Assembly: GCF_009914755.1 (NCBI RefSeq)
Contig: NC_060929.1
Source: the human T2T-CHM13v2.0 reference genome, Homo sapiens
Reading direction: 5' to 3' (one strand)
DNA length: 64,000 bases
Part shown: in pieces, positions 13,103 to 26,139 of the stretch
How the letters are laid out: each line of letters opens with the position of its first letter
Numbering within the stretch: position 1 is the first letter of the stretch
Made by a program: the position numbers and the translations under genes
The notes under the pieces: generated by a model
Seen by the model: the letters and a program-made list of their open reading frames with translations, nothing else
What the model was told of the DNA's origin: nothing
Database searches by the model: none

Positions 13103-13702
13103 TGAAGCAGGACAGGTAGTCAAGAAAATGACCATGTCCTCGGGATGCAGTGACCTTGGTGAGCATAGAGCCCACATGAGAGGCCTTAGCATTCACATGG
13201 TAATTGAGCTCACTCAAACAAAGCTATCTTCAGTAGGGACTTTCCTTTCTAGAGAGCATGTGCATTTTGATCTTACCTGTCCTCAAACTGACCCGTTGCT
13301 CATTATAATAGTAAAAAATACACCCATGGCTGGAAATTTAAGATGCTAATGAGACATGCAACATGTAAACCAGCATGTACAGCTACCGCACATGTGCATC
13401 CAGAAGACTACTCATAAAATGATTCCTAGTAACACCTCTCTCCACCTCCTTATGAATAATAATGTAAAACTCTCATAAAGGGAGTTTCTCCAACAACAAT
13501 CCATGCTGTTTCACTCTTACAAGCAGCCTGTCCAGAAATATCTCTCTCAGGGTGTACTATCTATTTTGCACTTAACTTACAAAATATTCTTTTCCTTTTG
13601 CAATGAATGACTCTATACTGTAATTCCTTTGCTGTGTGTCTCTTGTTTAAATTCTTTTAAACTAAGAAGACAAGAACCAATGTATCACATCAGCCATCAA
13701 CA
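13103..13702 (+). mobile_element. ERV1-class solo LTR (600 bp, subfamily unassigned) inserted in MLT1G
   Basis: TG...CA termini (tgaagcaggacaggtagtcaag ... cagccatcaaca) and an ERV1-like U5 (aaattcttttaaactaagaagacaagaacc). It interrupts MLT1 sequence. No clean TSD. Confidence 0.75.
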
Positions 13703-14103
13703 TGACCGCTATGCTGTGAGGAAGCTCAGGGTAGCCACAAGGTCATACATATAATGACCTTGAGGACAGAGAGATACCTGTAAAGACTCAGCAGTTCCAG
13801 GCATCTTAACCTAGGTGCCAGCCATATAAGTCAAAACTCATCTTGTACATTCTAGCCCCAGCACGCAATACATGGAGAGAAACTGAATACCCAGGTGACA
13901 GTCAGAGTCAAGACCCTAGGCTTATCTCTGAAGCTATCACAAGCATCTCCAGCCATTGTAGATGCCTAACTGAGGACTTATGCTGATAAAAGGTAGCTGT
14001 CTCCACCATGCCCTGCCTGAATTCCTGGCCTATAAAATTATGAGCATGCTAAAATAGCTATTGTTTTATATCCTAAATTGTGGAATGATGTGTTTTGTAG
14101 CAT
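13703..14103 (+). mobile_element. MLT1G/H-like MaLR LTR (short 5' piece at about 13066-13102)
   Basis: atgctgtgaggaagctc, tgccctgcctgaattcctg and ttgttttatatcctaaattgtgg motifs. Confidence 0.7.
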
Positions 14104-14214
14104 ATGCCCTTAAGAAGGAGACCAAATGAGGAATAGACTCAATGATTACCACCAACTGAAAGATTATATGTTCAGCAGAATCTTATAGGACATTTCACAT
14201 CTGTCAGTGATGTT

Positions 14215-14590
14215 TGTATTAGTTTGTTCTCACGTTGCTAATAAAGACATACCTGAGACGGGGGTATTTATAAAGGAAAGAGGTTTAATTGACTCACAGT
14301 TCCACGTGTCTGGGGAGGCCTCAGCAAACTTACAATCATGGCAAAAGGGGAAGCAAACATTCCCTTTTTTACAAGGCAGCAGCAAGAAGTGCTGAGCAAA
14401 AGGGGGAAAAGCCTCTTACAAAACCATCAGATCTTGTGAGAAGTCACTCACTTGTCACTAGATCAGCAGCACGAGAGTAACTTCCCCCATGATTCAGTTA
14501 CCTCCCACCGGGTCTGTCATATGTGACACGTGGGGATTATGGGAATAATGCAAGATGAGATTTGGGTGGGAACACAGCCAAACTATATCA
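14215..14590 (-). mobile_element. THE1C-like MaLR solo LTR
   Basis: tgtattagt...gagatttgggtgggaacacagccaaactatatca. Perfect TSD ATGTT at 14210-14214 and 14591-14595. Confidence 0.92.
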
Positions 14591-15123
14591 ATGTTTTTGT
14601 TAGTTAATATTTAAGAATACTTCAACTCCTATATTAACCCAATGAAGCCTTTTTTTTAAGTGTCCTTAACTTCCATTTATCTCATATACAGATGTCTTTA
14701 ATGATATCAATAAAGAACAAACTCTTAAGGGTTAAGTGAGATATCTTAACCAAAATACATATTTAATCATCAATCGTTTAATTTTAGTGGGCTTGAATAT
14801 GTTTTACTTCAGTAGTACAGAAGACTGGAAATAAAAAAGCAGTCTAAAGTAAACATTCAAAGCCATGAATTACAAATTTGCATTTTAAAGCAAATATCAA
14901 AAAATGCTGAAAATTACATAGAACGAAAAGCCATTATCTACGTCCTTTTTTAAAAAATAGAAACATGTTGATCAATATCATTTAAAAACTGTGGTTCTCA
15001 GTTTCTCAAATTTGAGAAACTACTCTTAGAAAATCAAGAACCTCATACTAATATTTGTCATATTTTCTCAGAGCACTTTAAATCAGGTTAAAATGACATT
15101 AAAATAAGGCCAGAAAAGATCTT

Positions 15124-15450
<327 letters not shown>

Positions 15451-15487
15451 TTACAGTTTGGATTGTCATTTATTTGAAATGAAAAAA

Positions 15488-15622
15488 AGTATATATTTAC
15501 TACATATACACATAAACATTTATATTATATAATATATTTATATAAATAATGTTATATAATAAATATATCAATATAACACATATAAATATTATATATAATA
15601 AAAATATATATTTATTATATAT
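15488..15622. repeat. AT-rich low-complexity (TA-like) tract
   Basis: Degenerate TATATAA repeats; source of the start of the spurious 133-aa ORF. Confidence 0.85.
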
Positions 15623-17858
15623 CTTCAATATGTCAAGTATTTTCTATGTGCCAAACATTTTAATCCTGAAAATAACCTTACAAAGTAAGTTTTATGATCC
15701 CTTTTGTTCAAATAAAGGTCAGTTATTTCAAAGACATACAGGATTCTACCCACTTTCATCAGCTTCTAAGAGGAGAATAAGTGTTTGGTGTAGATTAACT
15801 GCTTTTAAAATTTTAGAGCCCTGCTTTCTGAGGCACGATAGATTTTTTTCTGTTTTAAAAAGCTGTATTCTAGTTTTTGTCATTTTAACCATTTGCAAAG
15901 CCTTTTTCTTTTCTCTTGGGATTGCATTTCCTAGTCATTCTCAGCTGTAAACTTAATAAGGAGATTCCAGGACACAAGGGTCAGGGGTATCTTGGGGTCC
16001 CCAGGTGACTGTAAAAGACGTCAGCAACTTGTTAATAGAAAGAGAATATTAGCATCCTCTTCCAGAGTCATGACAAAGCTGCTTAGGAAGCACAACTCAA
16101 ATTATTTATTGGAATAGCCACAATATCCCAAATAACTTACACTTCCATAATTGATGGAAATCAATTTTACATTTATTTCTCCTAGGGTCCAGATGCAATC
16201 TGAACCAGAAATGACTACTTAAAAAAATTTCCATACTTTTCTAGCCTTAGTTAAAATTATGATTACGTTGTAAAAATGCATAAACAAAGTTAATAAACCT
16301 TTGTCAGACACACTCTGGAATTCACTTGATATGATGTAACTAAACTGATTGAGTTAAAGTTGATTGTTGCCTCAGAATATAAGATCAGTGTTTAGCACAT
16401 GTGCAAGATTTTTCAATAGTGTAGCCTGGTATTCTTAACTGATATTCTCACATATATGACTCACCCACTAAGTAGTACGAGAAAAATGAAATATGACACT
16501 GGTTAGGCTGAAACCACTCCAACTAAAAATATTTTAATGAATCTTTTGTGTAATGTAACCTCAAAGGTTTCAGAATTTTAGTTGGGGCTATTTGCTCCAA
16601 TAGAGTAAAAAAGCATTGCTATTATTTCTTACGATCCTTTTCCACCTTTTCAAAGTAAAAGAACTTAGTGGACATTGAACTTATTTCAGATTCAGTGCCT
16701 GTTTTAGAGGTGAGACAATTTAAGAATCACTCCTGATTGGCTTCTCTCTGACAGAATGAAATCAGTGTTAAATGACCAGCTTACACCAAGCTGGCAGCCT
16801 CAATCTAGTGGGCCACGATGGGGACAGCATGAGTTCTTTCAGGCTGCCCTTGCCAGCTGTGAGGAAGCGTACTTCCTGTGGTTCACTGTTATTCCTGAAG
16901 CCTTTTAAGAGTGTAAATGTAGGACCACGATGAGTTGAAACCTTCTATTTGAGCGGATATCCTGGCAACTTGTCTTTACTAAATCTGGGTCAGATTTCTT
17001 CTACCTTTCAAAAGGGGCAAATTAACCAAAGATATTTTATTCTCTTCATACCATATTGTTCATACTTAGAGTGGTTTGGAGTCTCAATACTGGTCATATT
17101 TAAGCATCCTTCTCCATATGACTGGAGAGTTATTTTTATCGTACAAGATAAAATGTGCTGGGACTATTCACCCCATCTCATCTCAGTATCTACTTACTTG
17201 AAATTCCAAAATATCTCTGCCATGACTCACGCCTAACAAGAAAATAAAAAGGAGGAAGCAGGGCTGCTTCACTGATAAATTTCCACACTTCATATCTTCT
17301 TTTGCCTAGTACAATATTGATATATGCTCTAATGTACATATGCTATTCCTGGACTGTGCATATTATAATTTTTTTTTTACCCATTAGCAGGAGAAAAGAG
17401 TTACATTGAGTTTTAGAAATCAGGTAATTCCAATTATACATTATTTTGTTTGTACCATCCCAGATACATCTATAAATAGTTGTATACAGTTTTAAAAGGC
17501 ACAACGTTGCTCATCTTTCAGCACGCAGATAGAACAAATTAGGAAATAAACGTAAGCGAAATTTGATTTAAGAACACTTGGAAAAAAATCCTTTCGAATA
17601 CACATAGTTGATTCCAGTAATTTTCATAATCAAGTTATGTTTCTAGTGATACATTTAACATTTGAAACAGGTAATTTATTTTTATGGAAAATAATACTGA
17701 ACTGAAATTCTTATATCTACATCCTTGGCTTAAAAATAGTAAAATAATACTATAGTTACCCATGAAGCTAATTCATTACTTGCTCCTTTGGGAAGTCCAT
17801 ATTATAATTATTGTAACAAGGTCATAGCTAAAGATTAGACTGTATCAAAATTATTTCA

Positions 17859-17936
17859 TTAGGTTGATGCAAGAGTAATTGTGATTTTGCCATTACTTTC
17901 AACGGCAAAAACTGCAATTACTTGTGCACCAACTAA
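17859..17936. mobile_element. MADE1 (Hsmar1-derived MITE)
   Basis: 78-bp element made of two Hsmar1-type TIRs (ttaggttgatgcaagagtaattg... / ...caattacttgtgcaccaactaa). TA on the right flank, CA on the left. Confidence 0.92.
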
Positions 17937-18359
17937 TAAAAGACAGTTCACTGTTGAGTTTTCATTTTTAAAATCATTGTAATAATCACACTCTTAGAAT
18001 TCCACCTATGGATGGCTTGATGGCAATTAGCAGAATTTGAATTGCCTTTGTATTTTCTTTTTCGTCAAGAAACTGACTAGAGTAGTTAATTTTAAGTGCT
18101 TTCACCTATAGACAAAGAGATAGACTAGAAGGAGATAGGAAGATAACACCAGCATTACCAGTCTTCCACCAAATAAAGGTCCACTTCCAGCTAACACATT
18201 TCATGACAAAGTCATGACTGATGATGCTATTTCACTATTTAAATCATGATAAATGATGCTCTTTTTAAAGAAACAATTCAGAAAAACAATGTGGTCATTT
18301 TGTACAGTACAATGTTTTCAGGAATCTTTACATTGCAATTTCATCACAGTGCATTAGAC

Positions 18360-18645
<286 letters not shown>

Positions 18646-18846
18646 ATCAAAGTGCATTAGACATCATTTTCATTCTTAAAAAACAATTGTGTAAAGAATT
18701 CCTAATAAAATAATTTGCATTAATTATATATAGCACTTATATTTTATATCTGTGTATCAATACCTATATCTTTAATATATACCTTTATATATGGCATGAT
18801 ATACATTTAAAAATTAATAGAGGCTCCAAAATATAAGAGAAACAGC

Positions 18847-19317
18847 TGTCTTAATTTCCTAGGGATATCATAATAAATTATTACAAACTTAGCGGCTTAC
18901 AATAGCAAGAATGTATTCTCTCATAGTTCTGGAGGACCAAAGCCTGAAATCAAGGTGTTGTAAGAGTTGCTTTATTCTAGAGAATCCTTGGGCGTATCTG
19001 TTTCACGCCTTGCTCTTAGTTTTTGGTGACTGGCAGCAATTCCTAGTATTTCTTGGCTTGCGCATGTGTCATTCTAACCATTGCCTTTGTCTTCCCATGG
19101 GCTTCCTCTTTGTATATTTCTGTGTCTTCTTTTCTGACTCCTTTTAGGGTACTTTCACTGAATTTAGGGCCTACCCAAAGTTCAAGATGATCTCCTCTAG
19201 AGATCCTTAACTTAATTACATCTACAAAGATCTTATCTACAAATAAGTTCACATATACAAGCACCAGGGTTTGGGGCTTGAATATATCACATTGAGGCAT
19301 CTATTCAACACACTACA
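18847..19317 (-). mobile_element. MLT1C MaLR solo LTR
   Basis: tgtcttaatttcctaggg ... ttaacttaattacatctacaaaga ... attcaacacactaca; degenerate TSD acagc/atagt. Confidence 0.85.
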
Positions 19318-19511
19318 ATAGTGCACAGGAGGACAAAACCACTCTTTATAACAAAACCATCAAATTGTCAGGATGGACTCACAATGCTGAATATTCATGT
19401 GTAAATTCTATTTGCCTGCAGAACTGCCTACATTGTTTTAGAGCAATACCAAAGCAGACTGTACTTTTTTCCTGTATAATCCTGAATTCATTTCCAGAAT
19501 TCCATAATGTT

Positions 19512-19922
19512 TGTGCTAGTCCATGTAAAAAAAATACCTCAAGCTGGGTAATTTATGAAGAGAATAGGTTTATATGACTCATGGTTTTGCAGGCTGTATA
19601 AGCATCACACCAGCATCTGTCCAGCTTCTGGCGAGGATTCAAGAAGCTTACAATCATGGTAGAAGGCAAAGATGGAGCCAGCGCATCACATAGTGAGAGA
19701 GGTAGCAAGAGAGAGATGCGGAGGAGATCCAAGACTTTTCAAACAATCAGATATCTTGTGTACTAATAGTGAGAACTCAGTCATCACCAAGGGAATGGCG
19801 CTAAACCATTTATGAGGGATCCACCCACATGACAAAACAATTCCCACTAGGTCCCACCTCCAACATTGGAAATGACTTTTCAACATGAAATTTGGAAGAA
19901 ACAGAACATCTGAACAATATCA
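19512..19922 (-). mobile_element. MSTB-like MaLR solo LTR
   Basis: caggctgtataagcat...cagcatctg and atgagggatccaccc...ttcaacatgaaatttgga motifs. Confidence 0.88.
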
Positions 19923-20059
19923 TTGTCGCTTTTGTCATTGTTCATTATTGCCTTGTCCTTGGACAATGCTATAATATGAAATCATGTATCCCTGAAACTA
20001 TGCTAAACTAAATAACCCTATAAATAATCTTTTTAAGACAATGATGTTTAAGAATATAA

Positions 20060-20160
20060 AGGAATATTAACTTGTCCAAGGTTGGACAATTACTAGCAAT
20101 GGAACCAAGATTTAAATGAATATCTAATTGGAGTCTGAGAGTAATCACTACTCTGTACTA
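20060..20160 (-). mobile_element. MIR fragment
   Basis: taacttgtccaaggt...ggaaccaagattt resembles the MIR core in reverse orientation. Confidence 0.5.
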
Positions 20161-20859
20161 GGAACACTTTGTGTTTACATTTCAGTGACATAAATATTAT
20201 TTTGACTACATTTTATGGCCCAAGAGATCAAAAAGTACAACAAGTACATTTTGTCAATAATTCTTTCTGCCCTAAGGGGGGAAAAGAAACATTAGGTATA
20301 ATTAAAACGGCCAAATAAATTTTTATTTTCATATATGCAATCTGTCTAAAGAAACTTTTTAGTTCCATGAAACCATTTTGGATGGTGGTGGTAATACAAT
20401 ATGTAGGAGAAATTTATTAGGAATGTTTTAAGGAACTGATGTGACTATGCCTCCAAAAATGGTAAAATTAGGGAAAAAGACAAACATAAAAGATATAATT
20501 TGGGGGTTCGATTTGATCTCCACTACCGTAAGTCCCTGGGGACCTTTGAGGTTCACTGAACTCTAGCAGAGTTCATTGCCCTGCATTCAACTGCTATTGG
20601 CTGGCTTGCTGGGGGAGAATGGGAGAAAATAATGTAATAAGTGGTATTTGCATCTCAATTGCATGATTCTGATTTTTTGACATACCAGCTAACCTGAAAA
20701 GTATAAATTAAACAATATGTAATGTAATATATTATTCGCTGTTAGAATGTTGTTCCAGACACTGTTCACTACATTTCATTGCATCTCATTCAGAAGGAAG
20801 CAGGATAAAAGAAAATTTCTTATTCTCATTGTACCATTGTGCCATTATCAAAAATACCT

Positions 20860-21815
20860 TGAGATCTATTGAACAATAAATATGTTTTTATACTATTTTT
20901 TCTTCCTTTCCTAGAACTTTAACTTCAAATTTGCAAGTTTTTCATTAATATTATCTCTGGCATCATCATTTTTAAACTGTTCATGTCTGTTTATGCTGTT
21001 TACACCAATTTGTTCACACACACATTTTTTTTTTTTTTTTTTTAACCTTAGTTTCAGTATCAGTCTTAGACCCAGGAAAGAGAAACAGGTATCCTGGATC
21101 CTGCAGTTCAAAATGCCCCACTGTGACAATTCCCCCTACTTAGAGGGGATATGACCTAAGGGGATATGAACACTCACAGCTTGCATTCCCCTTTTAATTT
21201 ACATTCCACGTACCTGAAACGATGAGATTTTCTTACCAAATGATCTTAAGTTAATTTCCAGGTTACATGCAGACTTTTTCTCTGCTCTACTAAGAGAGGG
21301 TAATTCACAGAGCTAAGGGAATATGAACACCCACAGCTTGCATTCCCCTTTTAATTTACATTCCACATACTTAGAACAATGATATTTTCTTCCCAAATGA
21401 TCTCAAGTTTATTTCCAGGGCACATGCGGACATTTTCCCCGATCTATGATATGCAATGTGGATTATGCTCCAATGTGTGTGCATCCTTAGACTCAATGGA
21501 CCGGCAAGGGAGTCACTTATACAGAAGATTGGATGGAGAGTGAATATAATGTTTAGGTTTTTCACAGATGTTTGTGTGAAGCCCTTGCTGGTACAGGATA
21601 GTGCCAAGAGTGGCAGTAGGAGGACAAGGGTTAGCAAAGAATCTGGTGCCTAACTCTTTTTGGGCTGCCATACTTGAGAGTGGAATGTGGAGCAGTCCAA
21701 GTGTGCTAATTGAATATTTTCTTTGGTTTATAACTTTTAAATATCAGTGCATATGTAATATAGGCATTAATTTGTTCTTCTGGCTTAGTCCCCACAAATG
21801 TTAGAGAAGGGTTTG
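20860..21815 (-). mobile_element. hAT-Tip100 (FordPrefect-like) DNA transposon relic
   Basis: The end tttataacttttaaatat...ccccacaaatgttagagaagggtttg matches the remembered FordPrefect terminus. Minus-strand ORF 20911-21129 ends SINRHEQFKNDDARDNINEKLANLK, similar to the hAT C-terminal dimerisation motif. Left boundary uncertain. Confidence 0.6.
21136..21446. repeat. Two-copy tandem duplication, period about 157 bp
   Basis: 21156-21289 aligns ungapped with 21313-21446, about 18 mismatches by hand count. Confidence 0.92.
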
Positions 21816-23969
21816 CTTATTATTGTGTGCATATTTTTATAAACTTTATTATTCTTCCATAGAATAAATAAATAAGATAGAACATTTTCTCTGAGGCTCT
21901 TCTTAGAAATAAAACCTTACAATGGATTGTTTACCATATGACAGTTTCCAAATGAATTCTACTTTGCAATCACTCATTTCCCAGTAATTAGTTGATCTCA
22001 CATCTTCAAGAAGAGAAATTGTTATAAATCTATTCATGTGTCTTGTCTCTATCTAATAATCCATTTATTTATCATTGTTGTATCATCAAATGATCAGTTA
22101 ATTTATAAATTTATCTAGGACAACAAAATATCTTCTTTATCTTTCTGAGATTTATATAAATTAGTAATATAACTTTAAGATTTTCTTTAATAAAAGTTTT
22201 AATCTCATCTGTATATTTTTTACACAATAAGCTGAGAACCCAACATATAGAACTAGTAAAACTTGATGGCAAATTTTAAATCACTTTTCATGCTCACTTG
22301 GAAACACTGAATTTAGTAGTTAAATGGCCTCTATCACCAAAAGATTACACTTTGAGAGTGGGTTTCCTGCAGTTTTAATGTTGTGACCAATGGAAATTTC
22401 CTACTACAAGGGTCCCTGTTTTGTCTGTTTCCAAATGGGTTTTTCTACTTTGTAGAGAAGGTGTTTTCAGAGCCATTGTTGATTTTTAATCTGGAAATAT
22501 GGTTTTAAACATAGAAGGTTGCTAATTCCGACGTGTTGTTTTTTCATATGTTATAATTGAATGGTTACTCTAAACCAGAATAGTTTCATAAAATGCTCAA
22601 AGTATATTTCCAAATTGATATTCAAAATATATTTTACTGAGGAGGGATTTTCTTTAATATTTTTGCTTTGAGTGACATCACAAAATCTACCAGAAACTAG
22701 GAGTTTTAAAACCATACATTATCTAGAAAAGAATCCTATATTACTGAAAGATTCTTGAAATTTCACTTGAGAAAGAATGTTAGTTTAATATTTTTATTTG
22801 TACATAAAAAGTGGAACAAAATTTACACAAATCAGGGTTTAAGCTACCACTAATCCAAAAATCATGCCAGAAAATATAACATATATAAACATTTATTGAA
22901 AAATCAAATATAAAATTTCTTATGAGTACGATATATTTGAAAAATCAGAAAAGTCAGTAGTGTCTCTCTAAATTAATCAATGGTTGAGTTTTCATTTCTT
23001 TGCTACTGGAAGACTACTATACTATGTCTGACCAAACAGATCTTATTGATTTGAGCTCTAACAAATTGGATTCAGAGATCATTTAATATAACATCTTGTA
23101 ATTCAAATAAAAGAAGCTGGCACATTAAACTTATTAAAATAGATATACATTTAAAATGAAGTAAATGTAATATTTGAAGTACATATGTGCACGTGTATAT
23201 GTATATGCACACACAAATATACTCTCTCTATATATGTACATGTATTTATATATTAACAGACATTGCTATATAGCTATAGAGAAAAAACTTTAGAAAAACC
23301 ACAGATTCTCACAGTTGAAAAGAACTGTGAAGGTAAGGCAATTCTATTTGTCATTAAAAGATATTATCAATATTACTAATCTAGGAAAATGCTATGAAAT
23401 GTATCACTAATTAGGCAAAATTTTACTACATTTTTTACTGGGTTTTATGGAATATAAAACACTATGTATTTCAAACATTGTATGAAAAGGTCACAAGCAA
23501 TCTGGCAATTTTATACATAGGCTGACTTTTAGGTCTTAGCTGTCTTAATGCAGCTGTATACAATGCACATATGAGCAGCTCTGTGAATTCATTGGTATTT
23601 ATACCTCTAAATTACAAGTAATTATAGCTAGCAAAGATGTGGATAAGATTAGAATATGAGTTGTGAAGAAATTTTAGAAATAAATGAATAATTTTATATT
23701 GAGTATCGTTAGCCCATAGTTAAAGATACTTAAATATCACATTTACCAAACTGACAACCCTGGGACATAATGGCTTAGGTTAAGTACTATTTTTTTCTAA
23801 CTAAAATAATGAAGGGGTTTAAGATTCGTGTTTAATGAATTATGCTGCAGCAAATTCAAAATAGAATTATCATTGAATAGTGGTTACTATACAAAATATA
23901 TATAAGGGGGTCATGAACTTGCCAGAGATGAGTTTCAATTCAGTCCTTAGCTTTCAAGAAGCAAGACAG

Positions 23970-24336
<367 letters not shown>

Positions 24337-26139
24337 CTACTTGCTCAGGGGAAATATGAGCAATCCCAACAAAAAAATAAATAAAATAAAATTTAAAAAC
24401 CAGAAATAAGTCTCTTCAAATAAAATCTCCCTATTGCATCCTAATCATAAGTAAAATAATTGGCTGTTTCTTTTAATAGCAGTAGATTTACACAAACACC
24501 TAATTCAATAGCTTTAAATATTTGGGGAGAAATCAGAAAAAAAAAAAGAAAACATGACATGATGCAATTACTCACTTTTGTGATTGTCTGAACTATTGAA
24601 CAGTAGATTTCAGATTATGTGGAAGAGCTGATAAACAGACTAGCCTTGGAGAAATGCACCACAAATAGACTTCTGTCAGAAGGGCCTCAGATGGATAGAT
24701 ATTGGGCAGGAGGGAATTTAAGATTGTATTCCCTGGCAAGTAATTGGAATAAAGCAATTCTATGCTGGCAGATAAATATTGACCTATATGCACTAACAGA
24801 CAGTCAAGCTTGGAATAGAGTTGACCTTCTCGTATGGTAATTAAATAGTCTAGCCAAGATGTGTGCCTGAATGAAAAGCTATCTGACGCTGGTTCAGTGG
24901 GTATTGGAGTGAATGCCTGCAAGCAGGGCCAAAATCTCCTGAACATTTTTTCTAATCCACCTCATTGTACAGATGAATGGGGGACTGAGCATTCAAAGGT
25001 TTTCTATAGATACCATAATCATAACCATTTTAACTAAAAACATTTTAAGCCAAGTGTAATCATATAGCTACTACCTTGGCCACTAAAAATAAAAAATAAA
25101 ACTACCCATGTGGTACTTACAATTGAAAAATATTCTTCTTATAACTTCTTATCTAATATAAGAAATTGCAGTTATTCTATTTTATTTTACCCCACTTTCC
25201 CAACTGCAAATGTTATACCAAATTATAGGTGCATACTAAATTACCACATGCTTATGTGTGATTATAAAGATTGGCAGCAGTCTTAAAAAATAAGTGCAAG
25301 CAAAAGATTTAGAGTAGTTTATTTGAAGTCCTGCTGTCTAGTAATGATAAAATAGGTGTTCAAGGTATCAGTTAAATATAGTTCTTGAGTCATCAAAATA
25401 TTTTAGATGAGTATCAGATATTTATGGTTTCTCCATAGCCTCAGTACATGCAGACAATATACTTAAAAAGTCATTTAACCACTTAGGAAATATTTCTTTA
25501 AAGACAACTTTAGAGATTATCCTTCCCCCAGAGTACACCATTTACTTAACAGTAGATTCCACTAACCATCTTTTTCTGTAGTAATAAAATAAATAGCCTC
25601 TGACAGAATTAATAATAACGAAGTGACAGAGAGGGAGTAAATCAGCCTATATAGCTTATGCTCAATTCAAAATATTTATTTGGGTACACCTAGAAATATT
25701 GCTGTTAAATTTATAAGTAATAAAATTATAGAAAAATGAGAAGTCGCTAAATCTCATTCACTGAAAAAAGTATTTAAAAGGCCTTCAAAACTATAAAATA
25801 TTTAAGAAATATCTTAACATGTATTTTATAGTGTACCCAGCAACTGCAGCATGTATACAGTTTCAAAGGTCACATTAAATATTTATCAAAATTGAAAATA
25901 TGATTTACTGTGAACAAGACCAAAACAATATTCAAAGGGTTGAACATCTTACAGAATGTCTTCTTTAATCATGATGAAATTAAGATCAAAATTCAGTGCT
26001 AGGCAACTAAACACTACCTTTCTTAACAACCACTTAATTAAAGAGAAAATCTCAAAGAAATTTAGAAAATATGTTAAGCAAATAATAATAAAAATATAAT
26101 ACATGAAAGCATGTAAAAGACACAAAGCCTCATAAGTAA

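Noticed and set aside
13351-13397. Cluster of CATG cores in the ERV1 LTR as a p53 response element
   Set aside because: The cores are 7, 12 and 17 bp apart rather than 10, and the flanks fit RRRCWWGYYY poorly.
15549-15950. 133-aa ORF
   Set aside because: Begins in TA-rich low-complexity DNA and crosses a probable MIR remnant; compositionally biased, no homology.
21136-21446. Direct repeats as a CRISPR-like or satellite array
   Set aside because: Only two units, no unique spacers, eukaryotic transposon context.
24593-24946. 117-aa minus-strand ORF in apparently unique sequence
   Set aside because: No recognisable protein similarity; the region may be a decayed L2.
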